Positions 56,593 through 64,000 of a stretch of 64,000 bases of DNA are shown here, in pieces (within the stretch, counting starts at the first letter, position 1; the number at the start of each line of letters is the position of its first letter). Below the pieces are notes generated by a model that saw nothing but the letters and a program-made list of their open reading frames with translations, was not told the origin of the DNA and did no database searches. Made by a program: the position numbers and the translations under genes. Source of the stretch: Verrucomicrobiota bacterium (lineage in GTDB: Bacteria; Verrucomicrobiota; Verrucomicrobiia; Limisphaerales; AAA164-E04). The stretch is taken from contig JAQWLM010000121.1 of assembly GCA_029247315.1 (NCBI GenBank), positions 8,620-72,619 on the forward strand, read 5' to 3'.

Positions 56593-57485
56593 AAGGCGGG
56601 CGGGGTGTAATCGCTGGAGTTGAAATAATAAAGAGGAATGGTGTTGCGGCTGTCTCCAGGAGCAAGAAACGGCACTCCATTGGTCTGGATCAATCTGCCA
56701 CTCACGAGCGTGCGAAAAATCTTACTGTTTTTTCCAACCCTGTACTGGATGTTAGGCTGTCCACCTGCACCGGAGGTCTGCACCTTGGTAACAGGCCACC
56801 GGAACTTCAGCTGGACATCATAAAGGTTGCTCGCAACGTTGGAGGCCAGCGTGTATCGGTTGGTGGTGATATTCACCGATCCCTGTCCCCATGAATTGAT
56901 GGGTGAGGCCATGTAAGGCGCAATGCGCGAGGATAGGAGGTAGGAAAATGCATTCTCACGAAATTCCGCATCGACAAAGCGTTGGCCTGCAGATCCGCTG
57001 ATAGCACGCATCATGGCACTCACCTCATTGGTGGAATAGATGGTCGTCCCATCGTCTCTGCGATCTACTGCTTCGAGCTGTGGTGTCGAAAGCATGCCAA
57101 TAATAAAATGACCACTTACCAGGGGAAAGGCATCCTGAAAATTATTCACGTTTTCGGAAACACCCATCGACCTGACATTCCCCAGATGGTTGCTGATGAC
57201 GATGGAGTCTACAAAGTTGGTCAAGCCGTCCAGTCCCAAAGCCCCACTGCGGATGGCCTCCAGAAGGTACGTTCCATCCTGGTTGATCACGGTCTCCTCA
57301 CGGTTCAAGCGCTGGGCTTCAAAGCCAGTTGGCATGACTCCAATGATGGCTACCATGGCAAAGGCCACAATGGCGATCGAGAGGGCGACTTCAACCATGG
57401 TGAAGCCACGCGCATGAACCCGAACTCCCAAGGGGCGTTCTTGATACCTGTCTTCGTAACTAGGATGTCTTGATCTGATCTGCAT
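56589..57485 (-). CDS. Prepilin-type N-terminal cleavage/methylation domain protein (GspI-position pseudopilin, 298 aa)
   Basis: ...RVHARG|FTMVEVALSIAIVAFAMVAIIGVM. The start codon overlaps the upstream stop (TAATG at 57483-57487). Confidence 0.8.
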   Translation of the reverse strand: MQIRSRHPSYEDRYQERPLGVRVHARGFTMVEVALSIAIVAFAMVAIIGVMPTGFEAQRLNREETVINQDGTYLLEAIRSGALGLDGLTNFVDSIVISNHLGNVRSMGVSENVNNFQDAFPLVSGHFIIGMLSTPQLEAVDRRDDGTTIYSTNEVSAMMRAISGSAGQRFVDAEFRENAFSYLLSSRIAPYMASPINSWGQGSVNITTNRYTLASNVASNLYDVQLKFRWPVTKVQTSGAGGQPNIQYRVGKNSKIFRTLVSGRLIQTNGVPFLAPGDSRNTIPLYYFNSSDYTPPAL

Positions 57486-58291
57486 TATTCCAGCTCCGGT
57501 AGGACGGCTTTGGCGCGTCCGGTTAGCCAGTTGACATGAACATGATGCGCATCCCCTCCGGATTTATCGACAATGTCCACAGGACCCACCTGTGGGTTTC
57601 CATTGGCATCACGGGGAACAAACACGCTCCCTTCCAGAAAACTTAGAACCTCATCGCGCCCGGAGATTAATTGCCCTTGGGCGTTGAATCCAAGGACAGG
57701 CAGCGGCAATTGCCTTCCGGTGCTGAAGAACTCCACCAAACGCGTCGGAAAAGGCCGCATGACAGGGTTACCGACATTCTGGAACTGCGGATCCGGGTTA
57801 AATTTATTGGTCGAGAAATAAATCCCATCCGGCAGAAACTTCCAATCAGTGAGAAACCTCGGATTCACCTGTCCAGGTTGATCACCTGCACTTCGAATGG
57901 TGTAGAGCGCATAGGCACTGTATTGCCCCGGAATCAGTGTGACCAAGCGCTCCAGTTCCGTGGAGGGAAGGTCCCCCAGTAAACTGCCGTCTGCAAGGGC
58001 AGGTGTCAGAAAAACCATGAAAACAGGACTCCGATGGTTGATCGCCAGGGTGCGCGCAAGCGTGAGGTCATCGACAAGCTGCCGATTGGTGGTCCCGAGT
58101 GCATTGGATTTGTTCAGGCCCTTGAGGGAAGGAAGCGTGACAGCAGAAAGAAGGCCGATGATTGCGACCACCACCAAGAGTTCGATCAGGGAAAAACCGG
58201 TACACGCCGGGATCCTTTGGTTCCAAAATGTAACTCGAAACCGATCCAAGGAAGGGGAATGCGCCCTATTTCTGATGGCTTGAATGTGCAT
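57485..58291 (-). CDS. Prepilin-type N-terminal cleavage/methylation domain protein (GspH-position pseudopilin, 268 aa)
   Basis: ...RIPACTG|FSLIELLVVVAIIGLLSAVTLPSL. Starts 4 nt after the upstream gene. Confidence 0.8.
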   Translation of the reverse strand: MHIQAIRNRAHSPSLDRFRVTFWNQRIPACTGFSLIELLVVVAIIGLLSAVTLPSLKGLNKSNALGTTNRQLVDDLTLARTLAINHRSPVFMVFLTPALADGSLLGDLPSTELERLVTLIPGQYSAYALYTIRSAGDQPGQVNPRFLTDWKFLPDGIYFSTNKFNPDPQFQNVGNPVMRPFPTRLVEFFSTGRQLPLPVLGFNAQGQLISGRDEVLSFLEGSVFVPRDANGNPQVGPVDIVDKSGGDAHHVHVNWLTGRAKAVLPELE

Positions 58292-58295
58292 GCAT

Positions 58296-59126
58296 CTACT
58301 CCCAGCTCAGGATGTTGTCCTTGTTCAATCCAGTGAGTGCTGACTGCGCCGAATGAACCTGCATATCGGGGCCGGCAGACCAAATCATCGCGTCACCAGA
58401 ATACTCAAAGGGATTGTTGGCCTGATTGTTGACCGGGAAAAGACCATTGAATCCAGATAAACTTCCCTGCTTCCCGGAAACAGAAGGGTTCGCATAGAAT
58501 CCATCCCGACATTTGCCGTCATAATTAAGATCCAGTGTGATGATATAGGGAGTCCCCCATGGATCGCGAAAGACGCCATCCGGATCCATACCCCCGGTGT
58601 TACGGTTTTCAGTGGTCTTCACGCCGTCCATGAAAGCAATCTTTTGCGGGTTTTGCACATGATTGACATTTTGAGTGGCGACTCCATTCGGGTGGGCTGT
58701 ACGATCCATGAGGATGGCGAGCAGATCGGCATTACTTGCCTGAAGCCCGATGTTTCGATTACCGATACCTCCCCCGCTGGCATCGATATTGACTCCGAAT
58801 TTTTTGTTGCCCAAAGGAGTTCCAGAGGTCGAGGCATAAAGGTTGGCAGTTCCGTAGGTGAAATCGGGGTTGGTTTGATTGTTCAGGCTGGCCCTGACTG
58901 CCTTGGAGGAGGGGAGACGGCTGTAGGTGGCATTGTATTGCTGAACAGCACCCTGCATCGCCTTGATGTCATTGCGTGCAACCGCAACCTTGGCCTTTTC
59001 CTTTGCCTTCGAGAGCGTGGGCAAAAGCATGCTCGCCAAAATACCTATGATGGCGATGACCACCAGGAGTTCGATCAAGGTAAAACCGGAAAGTTCGATT
59101 GAAATGCGTTGCGTTCGATTCTTCAT
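58296..59126 (-). CDS. gspG: GspG-like major pseudopilin (276 aa)
   Basis: MKNRTQRISIELSG|FTLIELLVVIAIIGILASMLLPTLSKAKEKAKVAVARNDIKAM, plus a C-terminal IWSAGPD typical of GspG-type proteins. Confidence 0.75.
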   Translation of the reverse strand: MKNRTQRISIELSGFTLIELLVVIAIIGILASMLLPTLSKAKEKAKVAVARNDIKAMQGAVQQYNATYSRLPSSKAVRASLNNQTNPDFTYGTANLYASTSGTPLGNKKFGVNIDASGGGIGNRNIGLQASNADLLAILMDRTAHPNGVATQNVNHVQNPQKIAFMDGVKTTENRNTGGMDPDGVFRDPWGTPYIITLDLNYDGKCRDGFYANPSVSGKQGSLSGFNGLFPVNNQANNPFEYSGDAMIWSAGPDMQVHSAQSALTGLNKDNILSWE

Positions 59127-59177
59127 GATGTGTTCAATTGATCCGCTTGTTCGGTATGAAATGGCGCTTCCTGAAAT

Positions 59178-59942
59178 CTACTGGGGCAGCGCCTCAAAAA
59201 CCTTAGGTTGTGTGCTCCAGTTATTGACGCGATAGACCTTGTTACCAATCACAAGGTCCACCCACAAGTCATAGCTCTGTTGATTAAAGCGATTTAAGCC
59301 CGAGGAACGATACTGCCAGGGGTTGACACGATGGAGGCTTGGCACCTGACTTTTTACCGGACGCAGGGATTCCATGGGAAGACTTTGGCCGAGGACGTTC
59401 TGAAAGCTTCCCCGAAGTGGCTGCAAAGGCCAGGGAATGGGAGCGGTGAGAATCTTGACCTCGGGATTGAGCGAAATATCTCCTATCTGGGAGGCACTGA
59501 GTTCCAGATAACCCTTGACCTCGGTATCCCTGCGGGCCACGTTTTGAAATCCATCCACCCCAAAGAATCGGTTCAGGGTCGCGCTTCCGATTTGAGCTGC
59601 CCCAGACTGAGGGAGGTACGTGCCACGCTCCGCGTAGACCGATCCTGTTAATTCATAGAAGAGCTGGTTGGTTACCGTGTTCACTGTGCCATCACGGAAT
59701 TTGGAGTCCGGCGGAAAGGACCCCATGTCGGCATGGTAGTTGTCAATGGCAGTGGCCATGTTGTAGAGCAGAGCTTTCGATTGGCTGAGACGAGCCTTGG
59801 TGGTCGCCACACCAGAAATGCCAACAATCAGGGATGCGAGGATACCAATCACCGCAATCACGACCAGCAGTTCGATCAAGGTAAAACCTCCGAGCCTGCG
59901 GGCAGCGAACACCCTACGCATACTGGTCTGACATTTCATCAT
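59178..59942 (-). CDS. GspG-like pseudopilin paralogue (254 aa)
   Basis: ...FAARRLGG|FTLIELLVVIAVIGILASLIVGISGVATTKARLSQSKALLYNMATAIDNY. Starts 10 nt after the BrnA-like stop. Confidence 0.75.
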   Translation of the reverse strand: MMKCQTSMRRVFAARRLGGFTLIELLVVIAVIGILASLIVGISGVATTKARLSQSKALLYNMATAIDNYHADMGSFPPDSKFRDGTVNTVTNQLFYELTGSVYAERGTYLPQSGAAQIGSATLNRFFGVDGFQNVARRDTEVKGYLELSASQIGDISLNPEVKILTAPIPWPLQPLRGSFQNVLGQSLPMESLRPVKSQVPSLHRVNPWQYRSSGLNRFNQQSYDLWVDLVIGNKVYRVNNWSTQPKVFEALPQ

Positions 59943-59952
59943 GTTGTTTTTC

Positions 59953-60249
59953 TCAGCGGGTCACCGTGGTTCGTAATGATTTGTCCATTTCCTGCTCCAC
60001 GCGTTCCCCCAGCCATTGCTTGATCATGCTCTGGTAATTCAAATAACGAGATCGAGCAAGGCGCTTGATTCTAGACAGCATTTTCGGGTCCATTCGCAGG
60101 GTGATCGTAACCGATTCCGAGGATTCACTGCCTGCAGCGACAGAATTCTGCATCAAGCGCATTTCAATGGCATTCTCACCCCAAAAAGCGGCTTCGGCTT
60201 GCTCACTGTCAAACAAGGGGACTTCTTCCCAATCGCTGATGACATTCAT
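59953..60249 (-). CDS. brnA: BrnA-like (CopG/RHH-type) antitoxin
   Basis: 98 aa. N-terminal FDSEQAEAAFWGEN and C-terminal VTITLRMDPKMLSRIKRLARSRYLNYQSMIKQWLGERVEQE match the usual BrnA pattern (ribbon-helix-helix ending ..YQ..IK.WL.E.L..E). It follows the toxin gene, which is the typical brnT-brnA order. Confidence 0.65.
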   Translation of the reverse strand: MNVISDWEEVPLFDSEQAEAAFWGENAIEMRLMQNSVAAGSESSESVTITLRMDPKMLSRIKRLARSRYLNYQSMIKQWLGERVEQEMDKSLRTTVTR

Positions 60250-60282
60250 CTCGCTGGTTTCTCTGATCGTGTTGTTTCCTTC

Positions 60283-60570
60283 CTAGCCAACCACCTGGTT
60301 GAACTTCCTTTGATAAAAATAGGACTCGTCCTCTGTAAACGGACGAGACAAAATCACCCTCACCTGTTTGCCATTGGTACGATAAACGCTGAAGATACCC
60401 AAGCCTGTCGCCGACCTTCCAAGATTGAAGAACCTCGCCTGAGCCGAGAACCTGGAGGCATCCGGAAGCAATTTAATGGCAAAAGGATCCTCAAAGGATT
60501 CTTCAATATCACGAGACACAAAAGCGCTTTCACTCGTGACGGCCAAGGTATTATCCCAGTTGAACTCCAT
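60283..60570 (-). CDS. brnT: BrnT-like (DUF497) toxin
   Basis: 95 aa. MEFNWD (FxWD), ..ESFEDP.., ..ARFFNLGRSATGLGIFSVYRTNGKQVRVILSRPFTEDESYFY follows the BrnT pattern (..R...iG....g..l.vvyt.R.....RiIS.R.a...E...Y). The KHG segment is not conserved. Confidence 0.6.
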   Translation of the reverse strand: MEFNWDNTLAVTSESAFVSRDIEESFEDPFAIKLLPDASRFSAQARFFNLGRSATGLGIFSVYRTNGKQVRVILSRPFTEDESYFYQRKFNQVVG

Positions 60571-60597
60571 TCAGACGTAACCGTATATCAAAGGCAA

Positions 60598-60626
60598 ATA
60601 CATTGTGCATACATTGTATTTACATT
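60598..60626 (-). promoter_or_regulatory. Candidate operator: three TACATT/AATGTA hexamers at an exact 11-bp period (two full 9-mers ATACATTGT)
   Basis: Plus-strand TACATT at 60599, 60610 and 60621. ATACATTGT at 60598-60606 and 60609-60617. Each is the palindrome ATACA-N-TGTAT. They overlap the -10 element and the predicted transcription start of the TA promoter. Confidence 0.55.
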
Positions 60627-60645
60627 ACCCCTTCTAGCTTGTCAA
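60617..60645 (-). promoter_or_regulatory. Candidate sigma-70 promoter for brnT-brnA (and possibly the downstream pseudopilin genes)
   Basis: Minus strand: TTGACA (60645-60640), a 17-nt spacer, then TAAATA (60622-60617), about 45 nt upstream of the brnT ATG (60570). Confidence 0.55.
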
Positions 60646-60772
60646 TGGAATTTCTGTGGCTCGCCTCTCCAAAAGCGAACCCATTTCCACCCATCTCAAA
60701 GCAGCAGTGACTGCAAGTGATACGCTTCCGGGCACGTCGAAAGGCTTTTGCCCCTGATTCTGTTCCAGTAGA

Positions 60773-62107
60773 TCACTGCCCCCCGAGCGTGTCGATCAAG
60801 CTGATGAGCGGCAGAAACAGCGCAATGACAATACTTCCCACGATGATAGCCAGGAACACAATCATGATGGGCTCAAGCAGGGAAGTCATCGCCGCCACCG
60901 CGTTATCGACTTCCTCGTCGAAATTGTCCGCGATGCGCATCAGCATCTCAGGCAAGGCACCGGTTTGCTCCCCCACGTCAATCATACTGATCACCATCGG
61001 GGGAAAGACTCTGGAGGATTCCAGCGGCTGAGTGATGGTTTCACCTTCCTTGACGCTTTCGTGTACGGCTGTGACAGCACGGGCGATCACCATGTTGCCG
61101 GAAGTTTCCCTCACAATGGTCAAGGCCTGTAAAATGGGGACACCACTGCTCACCAAGGTTCCAAGGGTGCGTGTGAATCGCGAAATGGCAACCTTACTGA
61201 CCACTGGACCCAGCACTGGCATCTTGAGCTTGAGCGTATCGATGACCAATCGGCCGAACTTTAACCTTACAAAAATTTTGATAAAGACAACAAAACCCAC
61301 AATGTACCAGATGGCTGGGCCCGGAACTGGCCATCCGCCCGCAAACTCGGGAAAAATGATCGTTTGCTGCTTCATGAAATCACTGATACCAATGACAAAA
61401 TCGGTGAACGCAGGCAAGGGCTTACCCTCCAGCATATCCGTAAAAATCTGCTGAAACTTGGGCACCACCACCACCATCAATAGCACAAGAATACCTGCAG
61501 CCACCGTCATCACCGCCGCGGGATAGAACATGGCCGCAATGACCTTGCCCTTGATTTTCTCTGCCTTTTCCATGAACTCGGAAAGTCGATTGAGCACCAC
61601 CTCCAGCACACCACCCATTTCACCCGCCTTCACCATGTTGATGTAAAGCTTGTTGAATGTCTTGGGGTGCTGGGCAAGACCTTCAGAGAACGTGCTACCT
61701 CCCTCGATGGAAATGGCCAGCTCATCGATAATCGACCGCAAAGCTGGGCTTCGTTCCTGTTTTCCCAAGACCCGCAAACCACGTAACAAGGGAAGACCCG
61801 CGTCCACCAAGGTGGCAAGCTGACGCGTGAAGGTCGTCAGGACCTTGGGTTTGACCTTGCCCTGCATCCATTTGGGCATCGGGATATTGATATCTCCCTT
61901 TTTGCCCTTTTTCTTGGGCTTGGCGGCCTTGCCACCCTTCTTGCCCTTGGCTCTCTTTTTGTCATCCAGCGCCGTCTCGGTCACCTTTGAGGGATACAGA
62001 TTCATCTGCCTCAAGCGATCCAGAGCCTCATTCTGGTTGGCAACATCGAGTGTGCCTTTGGTTTCCTTGCCACGGGAGTCCATGGCGACGTAATTGAATT
62101 TGGGCAT
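60773..62107 (-). CDS. gspF: Type II secretion / type IV pilus platform protein (GspF/PilC family)
   Basis: Two T2SSF-type repeats (FTRQLATLVDAGLPLLRGLRVL and FTRTLGTLVSSGVPILQALTIV) with three TM segments. An unusual Lys-rich insert lies near the N-terminus. Confidence 0.9.
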   Translation of the reverse strand: MPKFNYVAMDSRGKETKGTLDVANQNEALDRLRQMNLYPSKVTETALDDKKRAKGKKGGKAAKPKKKGKKGDINIPMPKWMQGKVKPKVLTTFTRQLATLVDAGLPLLRGLRVLGKQERSPALRSIIDELAISIEGGSTFSEGLAQHPKTFNKLYINMVKAGEMGGVLEVVLNRLSEFMEKAEKIKGKVIAAMFYPAAVMTVAAGILVLLMVVVVPKFQQIFTDMLEGKPLPAFTDFVIGISDFMKQQTIIFPEFAGGWPVPGPAIWYIVGFVVFIKIFVRLKFGRLVIDTLKLKMPVLGPVVSKVAISRFTRTLGTLVSSGVPILQALTIVRETSGNMVIARAVTAVHESVKEGETITQPLESSRVFPPMVISMIDVGEQTGALPEMLMRIADNFDEEVDNAVAAMTSLLEPIMIVFLAIIVGSIVIALFLPLISLIDTLGGQ

Positions 62108-62121
62108 AACAGGAACCAGTA

Positions 62122-63849
62122 TTAGGTGTATTTCAAAACTTCTTCAATGGAAGAATCACCATTAAAAATGCTACGCAAGCCATCGTCGCGCAGGGTAATC
62201 ATTCCCTCCTCGACCGCTTTCTGTCGGACCACCACCGTGGGGGCACGCTCATTAATCAGCAACCGGGTTGCCTCCGAGACGACCAGCAATTCGTAAATAC
62301 CCTTGCGCCCCTTGTAACCGGTATCATTGCAATCGCCACAACCTTCGCCATAGAAAAACTGTTTTTCACCAATATCCTGGGCTGACAGGTTCAGCAACTC
62401 GAGCTGTTGGTCGGTTGGCTCAAAGGAGGTTTTACAGGAGCTACAGACCTTTCTGACCAATCGTTGCGCCAGCACACCCATGAGAGTGGATGAGATCAGG
62501 AATGGCTCTACCCCCATATCCACCAGTCGCGTAACTGCACCCGGAGCATCGTTGGTATGAAGGGTACTAAGCACCAGATGCCCCGTCAGTGAAGCCTGGA
62601 TCGCAATCTGTGAGGTCTCCAAGTCTCGCATTTCTCCCACCATGATCACATCCGGATCCTGACGCAGAAATGCGCGGAGCGCCTTGGCAAAGGTCATACC
62701 CACGGACTCCTTTACCGGAACCTGCATGATACCCTCGATATCAAACTCGACCGGATCCTCAACTGTCAGGAGCTTATCGTCTGTCTTGTTGATGCGCCGC
62801 AGACAGGAGTAGAGTGTCGTTGTCTTGCCACAGCCCGTAGGCCCCGTCACCACAAAGATACCGTTGGGCTGAACAATCGCCTGCTTGACGTAGTCCATGA
62901 TGGAATCCGGAAAACCCAGACTCTCCAGTTCAAGGCTGACTGCCGACCGGTCCAGGACACGCAGCACCACGGATTCGCCAAATTGGGTGGGAAGCGTGGA
63001 GAGACGCAGGTCGACCTGCCGTCCACCGATGTTGCAGGAGATACGTCCATCCTGTGGCAGGCGTCTCTCTGAAATATCGAGATTGGCCATGATTTTCAGA
63101 CGAGAAGCCACGGGCATCGCCAGATGCAGGGGTGGAGGCGTCATCTCGTAAAGGGCACCATCCACGCGGTAACGAATCTTGAATTCATCCTCAAAAGGTT
63201 CAAAGTGGATGTCACTGGCGCGGTCCTGCACGGCTTGCAGCAACACGAGATTCACAAACTTGATGATGGGCATGGAATCCTCATCAGCGGTGAGATCCAG
63301 GGCACCGGCATCGACGACTTCACCGACTTCATCAGGGTTGATATCCGCCGTCGTTTCAATCTCACTCAGAATATCCGCAATCCCACTCTCGATCTGGATG
63401 GAACTTCCACCACCGCCACCGTAAGCCTCCGCCAGGCATTTCTGAACCCCTGAAGGATCGGCGACCATGATCTGGATGGGAAACGGGACAACATATCCCA
63501 ATTCATCAATTTTGGAAGGATCCAGAGGGTCGACAAATGCCACCTGAAGCATCTCGTCCTGAAGCCCAAGGGGCACGCATTGATGCGCGAGCGCAGTCTC
63601 GGCAGGAAGGATTTCCTTGAGTTCGTCGGTCACCATGCCCGCCTCAACCGGTATCACGGCCGCACCAAGGTAGTCCGCGATGACCTGCAACACGGTATCC
63701 AGATCCATGTAACCGAGATCCTTGATGATCTGTATGGCCGGATTCTCGCTGCGGTTCAACTCCTCATTGATTTCCTCCAACTGAAGGTCATCAAGCATCT
63801 GTTGGTCCCTGAGCAGGCCTAGCAAAGGATTGGATATCGCGTCAGACAT
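62122..63849 (-). CDS. gspE: Type II secretion / type IV pilus assembly ATPase (GspE/PilB family)
   Basis: N-terminal T2SSE_N/MshEN-like domain. Walker [14 protein letters not shown], Asp box, Walker [13 protein letters not shown], His box [11 protein letters not shown] and tetracysteine CSSC...CGDC. Confidence 0.92.
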   Translation of the reverse strand: MSDAISNPLLGLLRDQQMLDDLQLEEINEELNRSENPAIQIIKDLGYMDLDTVLQVIADYLGAAVIPVEAGMVTDELKEILPAETALAHQCVPLGLQDEMLQVAFVDPLDPSKIDELGYVVPFPIQIMVADPSGVQKCLAEAYGGGGGSSIQIESGIADILSEIETTADINPDEVGEVVDAGALDLTADEDSMPIIKFVNLVLLQAVQDRASDIHFEPFEDEFKIRYRVDGALYEMTPPPLHLAMPVASRLKIMANLDISERRLPQDGRISCNIGGRQVDLRLSTLPTQFGESVVLRVLDRSAVSLELESLGFPDSIMDYVKQAIVQPNGIFVVTGPTGCGKTTTLYSCLRRINKTDDKLLTVEDPVEFDIEGIMQVPVKESVGMTFAKALRAFLRQDPDVIMVGEMRDLETSQIAIQASLTGHLVLSTLHTNDAPGAVTRLVDMGVEPFLISSTLMGVLAQRLVRKVCSSCKTSFEPTDQQLELLNLSAQDIGEKQFFYGEGCGDCNDTGYKGRKGIYELLVVSEATRLLINERAPTVVVRQKAVEEGMITLRDDGLRSIFNGDSSIEEVLKYT

Positions 63850-63882
63850 GGTTTTTTATTTTATGTTTCAAGTGACCGCCTT

Positions 63883-64000
63883 TTATTGCTCCTGCGCTTC
63901 GGCAGCCGCACGCGCTTCGTGAATTTCCTGCAATTTGGCTAGAACGGTCGTTGGATCCTGGGATTTGGTAATCACCTGTTCCTCATCAATGATCCCCTGT
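63883..64000 (-). CDS. 3' end of an upstream minus-strand ORF (function unknown), truncated by the window edge
   Basis: Manual translation gives ...QGIIDEEQVITKSQDPTTVLAKLQEIHEARAAAEAQEQ* with stop TAA at 63883-63885, 33 nt upstream of the gspE start. It is not in the ORF track because it is partial. Confidence 0.45.
   Translation of the reverse strand, partial: QGIIDEEQVITKSQDPTTVLAKLQEIHEARAAAEAQEQ

Noticed and set aside
60016-60720. 234-aa plus-strand ORF spanning the TA region
   Set aside because: It overlaps both the BrnT-like and BrnA-like ORFs on the opposite strand and crosses the promoter/operator region. Its translation is Arg/His/Ser-rich with no recognisable fold signature.
42780-60772. 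Sigma-54 (TGGCAC-N5-TTGC) promoters in the operon's intergenic gaps, considered because rpoN is adjacent
   Set aside because: An eye-scan of gaps 42780-42826, 51317-51388, 59127-59177 and 60571-60772 found TTGC elements but no GG at the correct 10-nt spacing. This was not a computational scan, so weak sites may have been missed.
60646-60772. Terminator after gspF
   Set aside because: The only hairpin is a 7-bp imperfect one on the minus strand (ggttcgc...gcgagcc) with no U-tail. That is not enough to call termination, so read-through into the TA and pseudopilin genes remains plausible.
1-64000. CRISPR arrays, rRNA/tRNA genes, transposases, integrases, prophage blocks
   Set aside because: I noticed no regularly spaced direct repeats, no rRNA-like or cloverleaf-capable sequence in the intergenic gaps I read, and no ORF with DDE-transposase or tyrosine/serine-recombinase motifs. 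The BrnTA-like pair is the only mobile-type cassette seen.

Overview
The window reads as a chromosomal segment from a PVC-superphylum bacterium, probably Verrucomicrobiota-like. Evidence for this: a PVC-type dehydrogenase/HEAT/CxxCH protein, many GFTLIELLVV-type prepilin genes, giant LamG/PA14 exoproteins, a Cys-type sulfatase and a Tat-signal Gfo/Idh/MocA oxidoreductase next to a PmoA-like protein. I saw no rRNA, tRNA, CRISPR array, transposase or integrase. Positions 1-42 kb hold housekeeping genes (mgtE, Mn-type SOD, tyrA-aroA-cmk-plsC, def, rpoN) mixed with envelope and glycan-related genes: two SGNH-hydrolase fusions, a TPR-LysM lipoprotein, and giant secreted proteins of 1148 aa and 1734 aa. 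The part most worth a second look is 42.3-64 kb, where every gene is on the minus strand and gaps are short. In transcription order it encodes a GspE-like ATPase, a GspF-like platform protein, an embedded BrnT/BrnA-like toxin-antitoxin pair with its own promoter and phased operator repeats, five oversized prepilin-type proteins, a 1370-aa protein with a GspK-type N-terminus, a 2829-aa membrane-anchored subtilase (S8 domain, two P-domains, PPC-like domains, six C-terminal tandem repeats) and a small HTH protein. No secretin, GspC/L/M or prepilin peptidase is visible in the window, and the operon appears to start beyond the right edge. All calls come from reading the supplied translations and the DNA by eye. 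No database search or computation was run.
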